Positions 45,549-53,990 of a stretch of DNA of 64,000 bases are shown here, piece by piece. Origin of the DNA: a virus; the IMG/VR virus record IMGVR_UViG_3300035070_003385, positions 32,001 to 96,000 of that record; one strand, 5' to 3'. Under the pieces are notes generated by a model. That model was not told where the DNA came from and searched no databases. It was given only the letters and a program-made list of their open reading frames with translations. Each line of letters starts with the position of its first letter. Positions within the stretch are counted from its first letter, which is position 1. A program made the position numbers and the translations under genes.

Positions 45549-47384
45549 ATGGCAAACGAAGAATTTAAAATACTAACAGCAAGAGATCACGTACGTACCC
45601 GTATTGGTATGTACATGGGATCCGCTTCGAAAGAAGAAGTTGAACGGTTTGTACTTGGTGAATGGAAAAAATCTATTTATGTGCCAGCACTATCAAAAAT
45701 GATTGACGAAATATTGGATAACTCAATTGACGAGGCAATCCGAACAAATTTCAAATATGCAAATAAAATCAATGTTTGGGTAGATGGAAACAAAGTAACT
45801 GTTTCAGACAACGGCCGTGGGATCCCACAAGAAAACGTATATGACGAAACCTCGAAAACAAATATACCTCGCCCAGTAGCGGCCTGGACAAAGGTTAACG
45901 CAGGAACTAGCTTCGATGATAACCGTGTTACGATTGGCACAAACGGTGTAGGATCGGCGGCAACCAATTTCTTATCATCTGCATTCGTTGGTAAAACCTG
46001 GCAAAATGGAAACGCTGTTGAGGTTAAATGTAAAACCGGCGCGTTAGATATTAAAGTAAATTCTAATATGAAAGCAGGAAATGGTACTGAAGTATCCTTT
46101 GTTCCTGACTTTTCTTTGTTTGAAGTTGATTCTTTAGAAGAGCTTGATACAATAGCATTACTTGAAGATCGTCTAATCAGTCTCCAAATGGCATTTCCTG
46201 AAATTGCATTTTCCTTTAATAAGAAAAGAATTCGTGTTTCCAATATTAAAAAATATGCTGAAATGTTTACTACAGAAGAAAACGCATCTGTTATAACTGA
46301 TGTATCCAATGACCTTTCGTTTTTCTTTGCATCTTCCGAAGATGGTTTCCGTTCAAACAGTTTTGTGAATGGAGTAAACACTCGACAAGGTGGTGCATAT
46401 GTTGATTTTATTGTAAACAGTATTGTTGAAGAATTGGGAGTATTAATTAAACGCCGCCATAAAATCGAAGTTGCTAGGAACACCATTAAAGGTGGACTAA
46501 CTTTTATTATGTTTGCTCGAAATTTTACAAACCCAAAGTTTGACTCTCAAACTAAAGAACGCCTTACAAATACTGTTGGCAACGTAAAAGAGCATTATGA
46601 AAAATCAGAATCAAAAGAATTTATAAACATAGCAAGAAAAATATTTGCGGCTAACGATATCGTAGAACCAATTATTGAAGCGCAACTTGCTAAGAAATTG
46701 GCAGCAGACAAAAGAGCTGCAACTCTTGCTCAGAAAAAGCTACGTAAAGTAAAGGTAGCAAAACACATTGCTGCAAATTCCTATAATGCAACACTTAAGA
46801 TCGTAGAAGGAGACTCAGCTATGGGGTTCCTACTTAAAGTTAGAGATCCTAATAAAGTTGGAGCTTATCCACTTCGAGGTGTTATTATGAATACCTGGGA
46901 TATGAAACCTGCCGATGTTTTAAAAAATAAAGAACTTAGTGAGTTGGTTGCTGTATTGGGATTAGATATTAATAACCCTAATAGCGTTGACGATATGTCT
47001 TATTCAAATATCGCAACTTTAACTGATGCTGACCATGATGGTATTGGACATATTTCGCCATTACTTATTGCGTTCTTTTATAAATTTTGGCCTCGTCTTT
47101 TAACAGAAAAACGCGTAAACATTACTCGTACTCCTATTATGATTTCAACGAAAGATAAAGACGTGAAATGGTTTTACACATACGAGGATGCTAGTAAATT
47201 TAAAACAGAACATTCTGGTTGGAAGCATCGTTATATTAAAGGTCTAGGTAGTCTTGAAGAATCAGAATATGATAAGATTATTAATCAACCCGTTTATGAT
47301 ACCGTAACAGTCGACGATGCATCTGTATTTCAAATGATGTTTGGTCGCGAGTCTCAGCTTCGTAAAGAATATATGTTTGCATAA
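45549..47384 (+). CDS. gp39: DNA topoisomerase II large subunit (gp39+gp60 fused)
   Basis: EILDNSIDE, DNGRGIP, GTNGVG, VEGDSA, PLRG, DADHDG, YIKGLGS. Confidence 0.96.
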   Translation: MANEEFKILTARDHVRTRIGMYMGSASKEEVERFVLGEWKKSIYVPALSKMIDEILDNSIDEAIRTNFKYANKINVWVDGNKVTVSDNGRGIPQENVYDETSKTNIPRPVAAWTKVNAGTSFDDNRVTIGTNGVGSAATNFLSSAFVGKTWQNGNAVEVKCKTGALDIKVNSNMKAGNGTEVSFVPDFSLFEVDSLEELDTIALLEDRLISLQMAFPEIAFSFNKKRIRVSNIKKYAEMFTTEENASVITDVSNDLSFFFASSEDGFRSNSFVNGVNTRQGGAYVDFIVNSIVEELGVLIKRRHKIEVARNTIKGGLTFIMFARNFTNPKFDSQTKERLTNTVGNVKEHYEKSESKEFINIARKIFAANDIVEPIIEAQLAKKLAADKRAATLAQKKLRKVKVAKHIAANSYNATLKIVEGDSAMGFLLKVRDPNKVGAYPLRGVIMNTWDMKPADVLKNKELSELVAVLGLDINNPNSVDDMSYSNIATLTDADHDGIGHISPLLIAFFYKFWPRLLTEKRVNITRTPIMISTKDKDVKWFYTYEDASKFKTEHSGWKHRYIKGLGSLEESEYDKIINQPVYDTVTVDDASVFQMMFGRESQLRKEYMFA

Positions 47385-47448
47385 TAATATTGTGATTGAC
47401 ATTTGTATTGTAATGTGTTAGAATAATATAGAATCAGATGAGGATAAT

Positions 47449-48801
47449 ATGAGTATATTAGAATTTACTAAAGACGATGACGCAATGAACAATTATCCAA
47501 TTTCGAAAGTAGCTGCTAACGAATGGTTGAGTTTCGCTATGTATACTGTCGAGTCACGTGCCATTCCTAATATGATAGACGGTCTAAAACCAGTTCAAAG
47601 GTTTTACCTATACAGTTCGTTACTTAATTCAAAAAAGGATTTTAAAAAGGTGTCAGCTGTTGCTGGTATCATATCAGATTACGGATATAATCACGGAGAA
47701 GCTTCAGCTGCCGGCGCAGGTCAATTAATGGCTGCAACATGGAACAATAATGTTTGTCTTATTGAAGGCCGAGGGTCCTTTGGTACACGACTTATTCAAG
47801 AAGCTGGCGCGGCCCGGTATGTATATACTCGAGTCCATGCGAATTTTAGTAAGTACATTAAAGATTTAGAGTTAGCGCCAGTTCATTCTGATCCTGAACA
47901 TGAACCTCCTGCGTTTTATTTGCCAGTTATTCCATTGGTTTTATCAAATGGTACAAAAGGTATTGCTACTGGTTTTGCAACAAACATTTTACCTCGAAGT
48001 GTTGTCTCTCTTTCTCGTGCCTGCGATGAATTCCTTACGAATGGTAATATAGCCAAAAGACTTCCAGTGTCATTTCCAGACTTCAATGGTAGTGTAGAAT
48101 ATGATAAAACTGAGGATAAATACACTGTATTTGGTTGCTTTAAAAAGAAGAGCAAAACGGTATTAGAAATTACTGAAGTACCGTATGGCTTTGACAGAGA
48201 AGGCTATATTAAAGTTTTAGATAAGCTTGAAGATGATGGAGATATCGTATCTTATGAGGATCTTTGCGATAAAACTGGTTTTAAATTCGAAGTTAAATTA
48301 AAACAGACTTCGTCAGCAAACTGGGCAAACTCGAAAATTATTCAAAAGTTTAAGTTAAGTAAGCCACTTACAGAAAACCTAACTGTTATTGATTATGACG
48401 GCAAGCTGCGTGAATATAAAGATGAACGTGAGCTAATTAAAGATTTTTGTAATTATCGACTTATGATCATGAAGAGCAGAATCGAGCTAAGGAAAAAAGA
48501 AGCATCTGAACTTGCTCGTTGGCTAAAAGTAAAAATGCAATTCATTCAAGCTGTCATTGATAATAAAATTGAATTTAAAAATAAAAATAAAAAGCAGGTA
48601 GGAGAACAAATATTGTCTCATACTGATGCAAATAGTAATAGTGATATTGATCGCCTTCTTCGTGTTAACATCATGAGTCTTACTCAAGAAATGGTAGCTG
48701 AATTGAAAAAAGAAATTAAACAGGCCCAGCAAGAGTTTAAATATTGGAAAGAAACTACAGCTGAAGTTCAATTTAAAAATGACTTAGCTGAGATTTCATA
48801 A
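47449..48801 (+). CDS. gp52: DNA topoisomerase II medium subunit gp52
   Basis: RAIPNMIDGLKPVQR, YNHGE, AARY, NGTKGIATGFAT. Confidence 0.96.
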   Translation: MSILEFTKDDDAMNNYPISKVAANEWLSFAMYTVESRAIPNMIDGLKPVQRFYLYSSLLNSKKDFKKVSAVAGIISDYGYNHGEASAAGAGQLMAATWNNNVCLIEGRGSFGTRLIQEAGAARYVYTRVHANFSKYIKDLELAPVHSDPEHEPPAFYLPVIPLVLSNGTKGIATGFATNILPRSVVSLSRACDEFLTNGNIAKRLPVSFPDFNGSVEYDKTEDKYTVFGCFKKKSKTVLEITEVPYGFDREGYIKVLDKLEDDGDIVSYEDLCDKTGFKFEVKLKQTSSANWANSKIIQKFKLSKPLTENLTVIDYDGKLREYKDERELIKDFCNYRLMIMKSRIELRKKEASELARWLKVKMQFIQAVIDNKIEFKNKNKKQVGEQILSHTDANSNSDIDRLLRVNIMSLTQEMVAELKKEIKQAQQEFKYWKETTAEVQFKNDLAEIS

Positions 48802-49238
48802 TGTTTTATGTATCATATGATAAACCAAAATCTATTTCAAATAAACTATTAGATAATGCTGTTTCTTTTGCAGCTAACTTTTTAGAAATAGACGGCGAAA
48901 TTGAATTATATTTTGATGGTGAATTTAACGACGGTTGTTACGGTTATTGCGAATATGATCCAGAGGATGAGGAGCTGTCAGTCTATATTGATCCGAAACA
49001 CGATAGGCACGATATCATCACTACGTTTTTTCATGAAATGGTTCATGTTAAACAATACTTAAAAGGAGAATTAGAATCGGGAATTGGAAACAAGCCTTCT
49101 AAATGGAAAGGTAAAGAATATAACGTATCGTACTCTGAAGCTCCTTGGGAGCAGGAAGCGCACGAACTTGAAAAAATAATGTATGACATTTTTAATATCA
49201 TGAAAGGATATACATATGCCCTGGCCTGCGAAAAATAG
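48801..49238 (+). CDS. Zincin-like metallopeptidase
   Basis: HEMVHVKQY...PWEQEA. Confidence 0.75.
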   Translation: MFYVSYDKPKSISNKLLDNAVSFAANFLEIDGEIELYFDGEFNDGCYGYCEYDPEDEELSVYIDPKHDRHDIITTFFHEMVHVKQYLKGELESGIGNKPSKWKGKEYNVSYSEAPWEQEAHELEKIMYDIFNIMKGYTYALACEK

Positions 49239-49308
49239 ACCACGAAAAGGAAGACGTAAAATTGGATCTTCGAAAAGAAAATCAAGAAATCAGCGTAAGA
49301 AAAAATAA
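49216..49308 (+). CDS. 30-aa highly basic peptide (absent from the ORF track)
   Basis: GAAAGGA SD; MPWPAKNRPRKGRRKIGSSKRKSRNQRKKK; TAATG coupling to the next gene. Confidence 0.6.
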   Translation: MPWPAKNRPRKGRRKIGSSKRKSRNQRKKK

Positions 49309-49682
49309 TGAATATTGTTATAGAATTGAATAAAGAATATATTCAATTGGCTGAAAAGTTTGTGAAGTTCCTGTGTAAGGAGCTTTGCATTATCCCACGT
49401 AATATATTAATAGCAAATTGCGATATTGATGGCAATAATGGAATGTGTATAGATAAAAGCGAAGGGAGCTATATGATTCTTGTGAAGCAAACTGATCGTA
49501 ATATCGGACAAATATTTACTACGATAGCTCATGAAATGATCCATGTAAAACAGTATATGACCCAGGATTTGGGTACTCTTTTAGATGAATACAAAACTGT
49601 TCCATACTTGGACAGATGGTGGGAACAAGAAGCTTTCGACAACTCGGTTTCTTTTGTTGAAAAATTTTCAAAACAAGTGTAA
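49308..49682 (+). CDS. Zincin-like metallopeptidase (paralog)
   Basis: HEMIHVKQY...WWEQEA. Confidence 0.75.
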   Translation: MNIVIELNKEYIQLAEKFVKFLCKELCIIPRNILIANCDIDGNNGMCIDKSEGSYMILVKQTDRNIGQIFTTIAHEMIHVKQYMTQDLGTLLDEYKTVPYLDRWWEQEAFDNSVSFVEKFSKQV

Positions 49683-49746
49683 TTAACTATTGACATTCTC
49701 TTTAAAATTAGTTATATTGATATTAACAAATGAAAAGGAATAGATT

Positions 49747-50340
49747 ATGATAGAACAGTGGTTTAGCATACCTATTTTTTATAAAGATTTAGGCACTGCC
49801 AACATTACCGAAGAAGTAAATTTAGCACTAGAAGAAACTGAGATAAACTCTGCACTCGATATGTGGAATGATTCTGTACAAACAAGTTTTACTTATTCCG
49901 ATAATAATCGATTTTTAGAAAAATGCCCAACGTTAACATCGTTAATATACAATAGTGTTTTAGAATATATTGATACGTTTAACTTCGAACACGACAGTAA
50001 AATATGTATTAAAGAATCGTGGGTTAATATTACTGAACGCGGTCAATATCAAAATTACCATATTCATCCATTAAATGATATTTCTGGAGTATTTTATCAT
50101 GAAACAACCGGTGACCCAGACGAAGGGAATATTGTGTTTCAGACTCCGTCGCCAGTAGCAATGAATTCAAGATTGTTTCATAATGAGCATAATCGAATTT
50201 ATTACGCTCCTATAAAAGGTCGATTAATTTTATTCCCAAGTTTCTTAGAACATGCAGTATTACCAAATAAAACTGATAATAAAAGAGTTAGTATTTCTTT
50301 CAACGCAAACTTAGGAGACATTTGGCCAAAACAAGTGTAA
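49747..50340 (+). CDS. Putative 2OG-Fe(II) oxygenase
   Basis: ESWVN...HIHP...SGVFY...LILFPSFLEHAV...R.SISFN; promoter at 49690-49718. Confidence 0.85.
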   Translation: MIEQWFSIPIFYKDLGTANITEEVNLALEETEINSALDMWNDSVQTSFTYSDNNRFLEKCPTLTSLIYNSVLEYIDTFNFEHDSKICIKESWVNITERGQYQNYHIHPLNDISGVFYHETTGDPDEGNIVFQTPSPVAMNSRLFHNEHNRIYYAPIKGRLILFPSFLEHAVLPNKTDNKRVSISFNANLGDIWPKQV

Positions 50341-50405
50341 TTAACTATTGACATTCTCTTTAGAATCAGATAGATTGTATATATCAAATGGAAAAGGAAC
50401 ATGCC

Positions 50406-50606
50406 ATGAATATGATTAACGGAACAGACAACGCAAAAATTGCATACGGTATGCGCGAAATGGCTCGTACACATAAGAACGATCTTATCTCTGTTAACTT
50501 GGCAAGAGTTGCAGGAAAAGTAGCAGGAAAAGGCGCAGCCTGGGCTGGTTCTCCTATGACTGAAATTGACAATGCAATTGTTAAATATTACTTGGATAAT
50601 AAATAA
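50406..50606 (+). CDS. Hypothetical early protein
   Basis: Own promoter (50348-50376) and AAAGGA SD. Confidence 0.65.
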   Translation: MNMINGTDNAKIAYGMREMARTHKNDLISVNLARVAGKVAGKGAAWAGSPMTEIDNAIVKYYLDNK

Positions 50607-50610
50607 TATT

Positions 50611-50874
50611 ATGGAAAACATGGAAAACTTTTTAGGCCTAATTGTTGTATTAGCTTTAATAGGTACTGTTCTTGGAATTGTATTTGGTGTAATTGCGTCA
50701 TTTGTAAAAATAGGAATGCAGCTAGCTCCAATTATCGTGGGAGCTGTCTTAATTCTTTTGTATTACGAATCAAGCACAACAGATTTTAACATTGATAGTC
50801 ACATCAATACAACTACCAAGGTTATCACGGACATTATGAAAAATCAAAATATAACTATTCCAGGATCCGAATAA
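50611..50874 (+). CDS. Small membrane protein
   Basis: Two hydrophobic segments. Confidence 0.55.
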   Translation: MENMENFLGLIVVLALIGTVLGIVFGVIASFVKIGMQLAPIIVGAVLILLYYESSTTDFNIDSHINTTTKVITDIMKNQNITIPGSE

Positions 50875-51093
50875 TATGAAAACGAATACAACGCCGCCAA
50901 AACACCCTGCGGAATATTTAACATATGAGGAATATGTTAATAGTCGGGTTCAGCCAACTGGTTTGCAACTTCAAGTAATACCTAAAACATTATATAATGC
51001 TCTAAGAGATAAAAAACAAAAAGAAGAATAATTGACTATTGACATTCGTTATGAAATAGTATAGAGTAATTTTATAACAAAAGGAATCACTCT

Positions 51094-51288
51094 ATGACAC
51101 TATACACTAAAAAATCTGAAATTCTTTTTAACTATCTTGTACTTCCTCACTGGGAAAACCGTGGGGATTTCGGTCTTGTGCATCTTGACACTAATGAAAC
51201 AATCTATGAAGGTACCTGTTTTGAGTGCTGGACTTATCTTGCTAAAATCCAACCAAAGTGTCGTTGGTTACAAAAATATGTGAAATAA
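51094..51288 (+). CDS. Hypothetical early protein
   Basis: Promoter at 51039-51067; AAAGGA SD. Confidence 0.65.
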   Translation: MTLYTKKSEILFNYLVLPHWENRGDFGLVHLDTNETIYEGTCFECWTYLAKIQPKCRWLQKYVK

Positions 51289-51563
51289 CTATTGACATTC
51301 TGTTTAGAATCAGTTATATTAATAGTATAAAGAGAATCAATGGAGAATAAAATGGAAAATACTGCAACAATGTTTTCAGAAATGTTTCAAGACGTTTCAA
51401 AAGATATCATAGATAACGAATTTCCTATTGAGCAAGAATTTGATGGTATGTTTTGTGCTGAATTTTCAGATCCAATTGTAGATTTAGATTTCGAAACTGA
51501 AATTAACTATTGACATTCTGTTTAGAATCAGTTATATTAATAGTATAAAGAGAATCAATGGAG
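51286..51563 (+). repeat. 60-bp perfect direct repeat carrying promoter and SD (51286-51345 and 51504-51563)
   Basis: TAACTATTGACATTCTGTTTAGAATCAGTTATATTAATAGTATAAAGAGAATCAATGGAG occurs twice. Confidence 0.9.
51352..51513 (+). CDS. 53-aa very acidic early protein (absent from the ORF track)
   Basis: GGAG SD; 15 D/E against 1 K. Confidence 0.65.
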   Translation: MENTATMFSEMFQDVSKDIIDNEFPIEQEFDGMFCAEFSDPIVDLDFETEINY

Positions 51564-51569
51564 CCTATC

Positions 51570-51650
51570 ATGGCTAAGAGTAAAGAAGATCTTAAAAAAG
51601 AAGCAGCTTCTCGTCTTGCAGGCGAACTGATGTCAAAGCTGTTTAAGTAA
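51570..51650 (+). CDS. 26-aa peptide
   Basis: GGAG SD after the second repeat; MAKSKEDLKKEAASRLAGELMSKLFK. Confidence 0.5.
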   Translation: MAKSKEDLKKEAASRLAGELMSKLFK

Positions 51651-51659
51651 TAAAGGAGA

Positions 51660-51809
51660 CTATTTCATACATACGTCTGTGTAGAGGCGTTGATCAGCTA
51701 AAAGCACTATCTCGAAAGGGATGTTAGTTTCAATTGAACTAGAGCGGCAATGTCAATAAGGCCGTGCGGGGAGATTGGAAATACTAGCTCGGGCGTATGT
51801 ATAAAATAG
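51660..51809 (+). ncRNA. Candidate structured ncRNA of unknown class
   Basis: About 17-bp near-perfect terminal stem (CTATTTCATACATACGT / GCGTATGTATAAAATAG) enclosing several hairpins, immediately 5' of tRNA-Trp. Confidence 0.55.
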
Positions 51810-51814
51810 TTTAT

Positions 51815-51888
51815 TAGGGTGTAGTATAATGGTAGTACAACGGATTCCAAACCCGTTGGCGTGGGTTCGATTCCTACCACCCTAGCCA
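51815..51888 (+). tRNA. tRNA-Trp(CCA)
   Basis: Cloverleaf, loop TTCCAAA, encoded CCA. Confidence 0.9.
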
Positions 51889-51907
51889 ATATAAAGGATT
51901 AGTATGA

Positions 51908-52096
51908 ATGTTTAAATTGTTTAGTTCTACTAAGTTTAAAGCTGATGATATTGACTGGGAGTTAGATGTGCATCCAGTTCAATCTGTGATTAACGAAGGT
52001 CCTAAGGAATTAACTTTAAGTGAATCTTATGAAGTAATTCTAGATCGTCTTAATAAAATTGAAGAAAAAATTGACAAGATCTTAAAGGACAAATAG
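51908..52096 (+). CDS. Hypothetical protein
   Basis: ORF between tRNAs with an AAGGA SD. Confidence 0.55.
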   Translation: MFKLFSSTKFKADDIDWELDVHPVQSVINEGPKELTLSESYEVILDRLNKIEEKIDKILKDK

Positions 52097-52103
52097 TAAT
52101 AAG

Positions 52104-52181
52104 CTCTCGGTGGGAAAGTCTGGTTAATCCGCTTGGTTTGGGACCAAGAAACCGCTGGTTCGAATCCAGCTCGAGAGACCA
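52104..52181 (+). tRNA. tRNA-Pro(TGG)
   Basis: CTTGG-TTTGGGA-CCAAG arm, T-loop TTCGAAT, CCA. Confidence 0.9.
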
Positions 52182-52263
52182 AATATAGATTGACATATTA
52201 GAATATATATGTTATAATAGTAATATAAACGGATAAAAACAACTAAAGAATATAACAGTTAAT

Positions 52264-52341
52264 GGTCTCTTAGCTCAGCAGGATTAGAGCAAGTGCCTTC
52301 TAAGCACTAGGTCGTAGGTTCGAGTCCTACAGAGATCACCA
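52264..52341 (+). tRNA. tRNA-Arg(TCT)
   Basis: AGTGC-CTTCTAA-GCACT arm, CCA. Confidence 0.93.
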
Positions 52342-52370
52342 AACTTTTAAAGAATAGAAATAATATTCGT

Positions 52371-52447
52371 GGGCCTTTAGCATAATTGGTTAATGCACAG
52401 TGCTCATAACACTGCCGATTGGGGTTCAAGTCCCTAAGGGCCTACCA
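52371..52447 (+). tRNA. tRNA with CAT anticodon, likely Ile2 (lysidine)
   Basis: CAGTG-CTCATAA-CACTG arm; acceptor C4-G69 and C5-G68 pairs; lacks the initiator GGG/CCC anticodon stem. Confidence 0.8.
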
Positions 52448-52457
52448 ATATTATTTC

Positions 52458-52532
52458 GCGGGTATCGTATAGTGGTTATTACGGTAGGTTTCCAACCTTT
52501 AGACAGGAGTTCGATTCTCCTTACCCGCTCCA
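52458..52532 (+). tRNA. tRNA-Gly(TCC)
   Basis: GCGGGTA/TACCCGC acceptor, loop TTTCCAA, U73, CCA. Confidence 0.88.
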
Positions 52533-52680
52533 AAGATCTACTTTAGACAGACTGTTTAAAGAACCAAACATCGAAAAGGGGTTTGTAGTAGAGAGTGGCA
52601 AACCAGAAACCCTGAAACACCCAAAGCCGAAAGGTGAGTACGCTGTTAGGTCACTCGCATTAATACAGAATAAAGTTACG

Positions 52681-52766
52681 GCCCTCATGGTGGAATAGGT
52701 AGACACAAGAGACTTAAAATCTCTCGCTCAGAGAGCGTCCCGGTTCGAGTCCGGGTGAGGGCACCA
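52681..52766 (+). tRNA. tRNA-Leu(TAA)
   Basis: AGAGA-CTTAAAA-TCTCT arm, long variable arm, CCA. Confidence 0.93.
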
Positions 52767-52813
52767 TTTAAACAAGGTAAAATAAGCGAGTAAAGATAAA
52801 AAATAAATAAGTA

Positions 52814-52898
52814 TATCACTGCAGGTTTGCTAATTAATCAGAGTTATTTCAGGCGTCATAACAGATTTCTTCGAGGTTCAATTCCTCGAGTGATACCG
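52814..52898 (+). pseudogene. Degenerate tRNA-like element
   Basis: Perfect TATCACT/AGTGATA acceptor and CGAGG-TTCAATT-CCTCG T-arm, but no proper D or anticodon stem and no CCA. Confidence 0.55.
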
Positions 52899-53106
52899 TT
52901 TTAAATAAGCTGCATTAGGAAACTGTAGTGAGAATTTATCAATATAAAAATAAACATATTCTGGTAGATGAAAATAATAAAATAATTTTATCTTCTACTG
53001 ATAAATCAATTGTGACAAAAACATTAAACAATATACTCAACAAACAAAAAAAATTATAATGCTTTTTCTTATAAATAATAATGTAATTGCATAGAGGAGA
53101 AATATC

Positions 53107-53550
53107 ATGGAATTAGAAAACTTAGTTGAAAAAATGAAGGTTGTATTAGCATCAGCCTTTTCCTTATATTTAAAATCACACAATTATCATTGGAATGTAA
53201 CAGGCGAAAACTTTAAAGCTTATCACGATTTCTTTGGAGAATATTATGAAAATGTTTTTGGTTCTATCGACGAATATGCTGAACGGATTCGTACTTTAAA
53301 ATCTTTTGCTCCAGGATCTTTAAAAAGGTTTTCTGAGCTTAGTGTAATTTCAGACGAATTGTCAATTCCTTCCCCTAAGTTTATGTTTGTCCGCCTCGCA
53401 CAGGATAATCAAAGATTTGTTGCAGAACTTAAAGAAGCACACGGCATTGCAAACCAGCTCAGTCAGCAAGGAATTGCTAGCTTATTAGAAGATCGCATTG
53501 ACTTCCATGAAAAAATGCAATGGATGTTAGATTCGCACGCTGACATTTAA
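53107..53550 (+). CDS. dps: Dps/ferritin-like DNA protection protein
   Basis: HNYHWNVTG..F...H.FF.E.YE...D..AERIR; late promoter at 53070-53077. Confidence 0.92.
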   Translation: MELENLVEKMKVVLASAFSLYLKSHNYHWNVTGENFKAYHDFFGEYYENVFGSIDEYAERIRTLKSFAPGSLKRFSELSVISDELSIPSPKFMFVRLAQDNQRFVAELKEAHGIANQLSQQGIASLLEDRIDFHEKMQWMLDSHADI

Positions 53551-53562
53551 ATAAGATTTGCT

Positions 53563-53790
53563 ATGTCAGAAGAAGAATGGAAACTCATTTTAGAAGTAAT
53601 TAAAGAGCTTGAAGATAAAGATGGCTTTGTAACATTTCCGATTTCTGCTGAATCGGGTGATGAAAGCGAAGATTACAAATTTTATACTGATGACATAATG
53701 AAAATGATAGCTGAAGAATTAGATAATATACTTGTTGACGATACTACAATGGCAAAACACATGTTAAACACAATAGGAATCAAAACTTAA
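53563..53790 (+). CDS. Acidic hypothetical protein
   Basis: ORF track. Confidence 0.55.
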   Translation: MSEEEWKLILEVIKELEDKDGFVTFPISAESGDESEDYKFYTDDIMKMIAEELDNILVDDTTMAKHMLNTIGIKT

Positions 53791-53807
53791 CTTTAAAGAG
53801 GTACGAT

Positions 53808-53990
53808 ATGCTACATGCAAAAATTAAACCCGATGAAGATAAAATAGTTGAAAAGCCAAAACCAAAGGCTGTTCGTATTAAAAAATCTATAGCAGCCCGT
53901 ATTAGACGTAAAGAAATAAAACAAATTAAGCAAATGCAATTAATAAAAGAAGAAAAAGAAGCTAAAAACAAACTAAAAAATAATAACTGA
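53808..53990 (+). CDS. Basic hypothetical protein
   Basis: GAGGT SD; Lys-rich. Confidence 0.55.
   Translation: MLHAKIKPDEDKIVEKPKPKAVRIKKSIAARIRRKEIKQIKQMQLIKEEKEAKNKLKNNN

Noticed and set aside
45677-46486. 269-aa - strand ORF inside the topoisomerase gene
   Set aside because: Antisense shadow with no recognisable motifs
45549-47384. gp39 and gp60 fused in one ORF
   Set aside because: The fused form is the normal state; the split with a translational bypass is the T4 peculiarity
49747-50340. 2OG-Fe(II) oxygenase as a TET-like partner of the C5-MTase
   Set aside because: Its motifs match the widespread marine-phage 2OG oxygenase family rather than TET/JBP, and it lies about 30 kb from the modification cluster
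51707-51889. Short ORFs on the - strand across the tRNA region (51707-51889, 52521-52706)
   Set aside because: Reverse complements of tRNA/ncRNA sequence
52587-52640. GGCAAACC...CAAAGCC resembling a c-di-GMP-I riboswitch
   Set aside because: The GG needed to close P2 and the GACG context are missing, and there is no downstream CDS to regulate; kept only as a generic structured spacer
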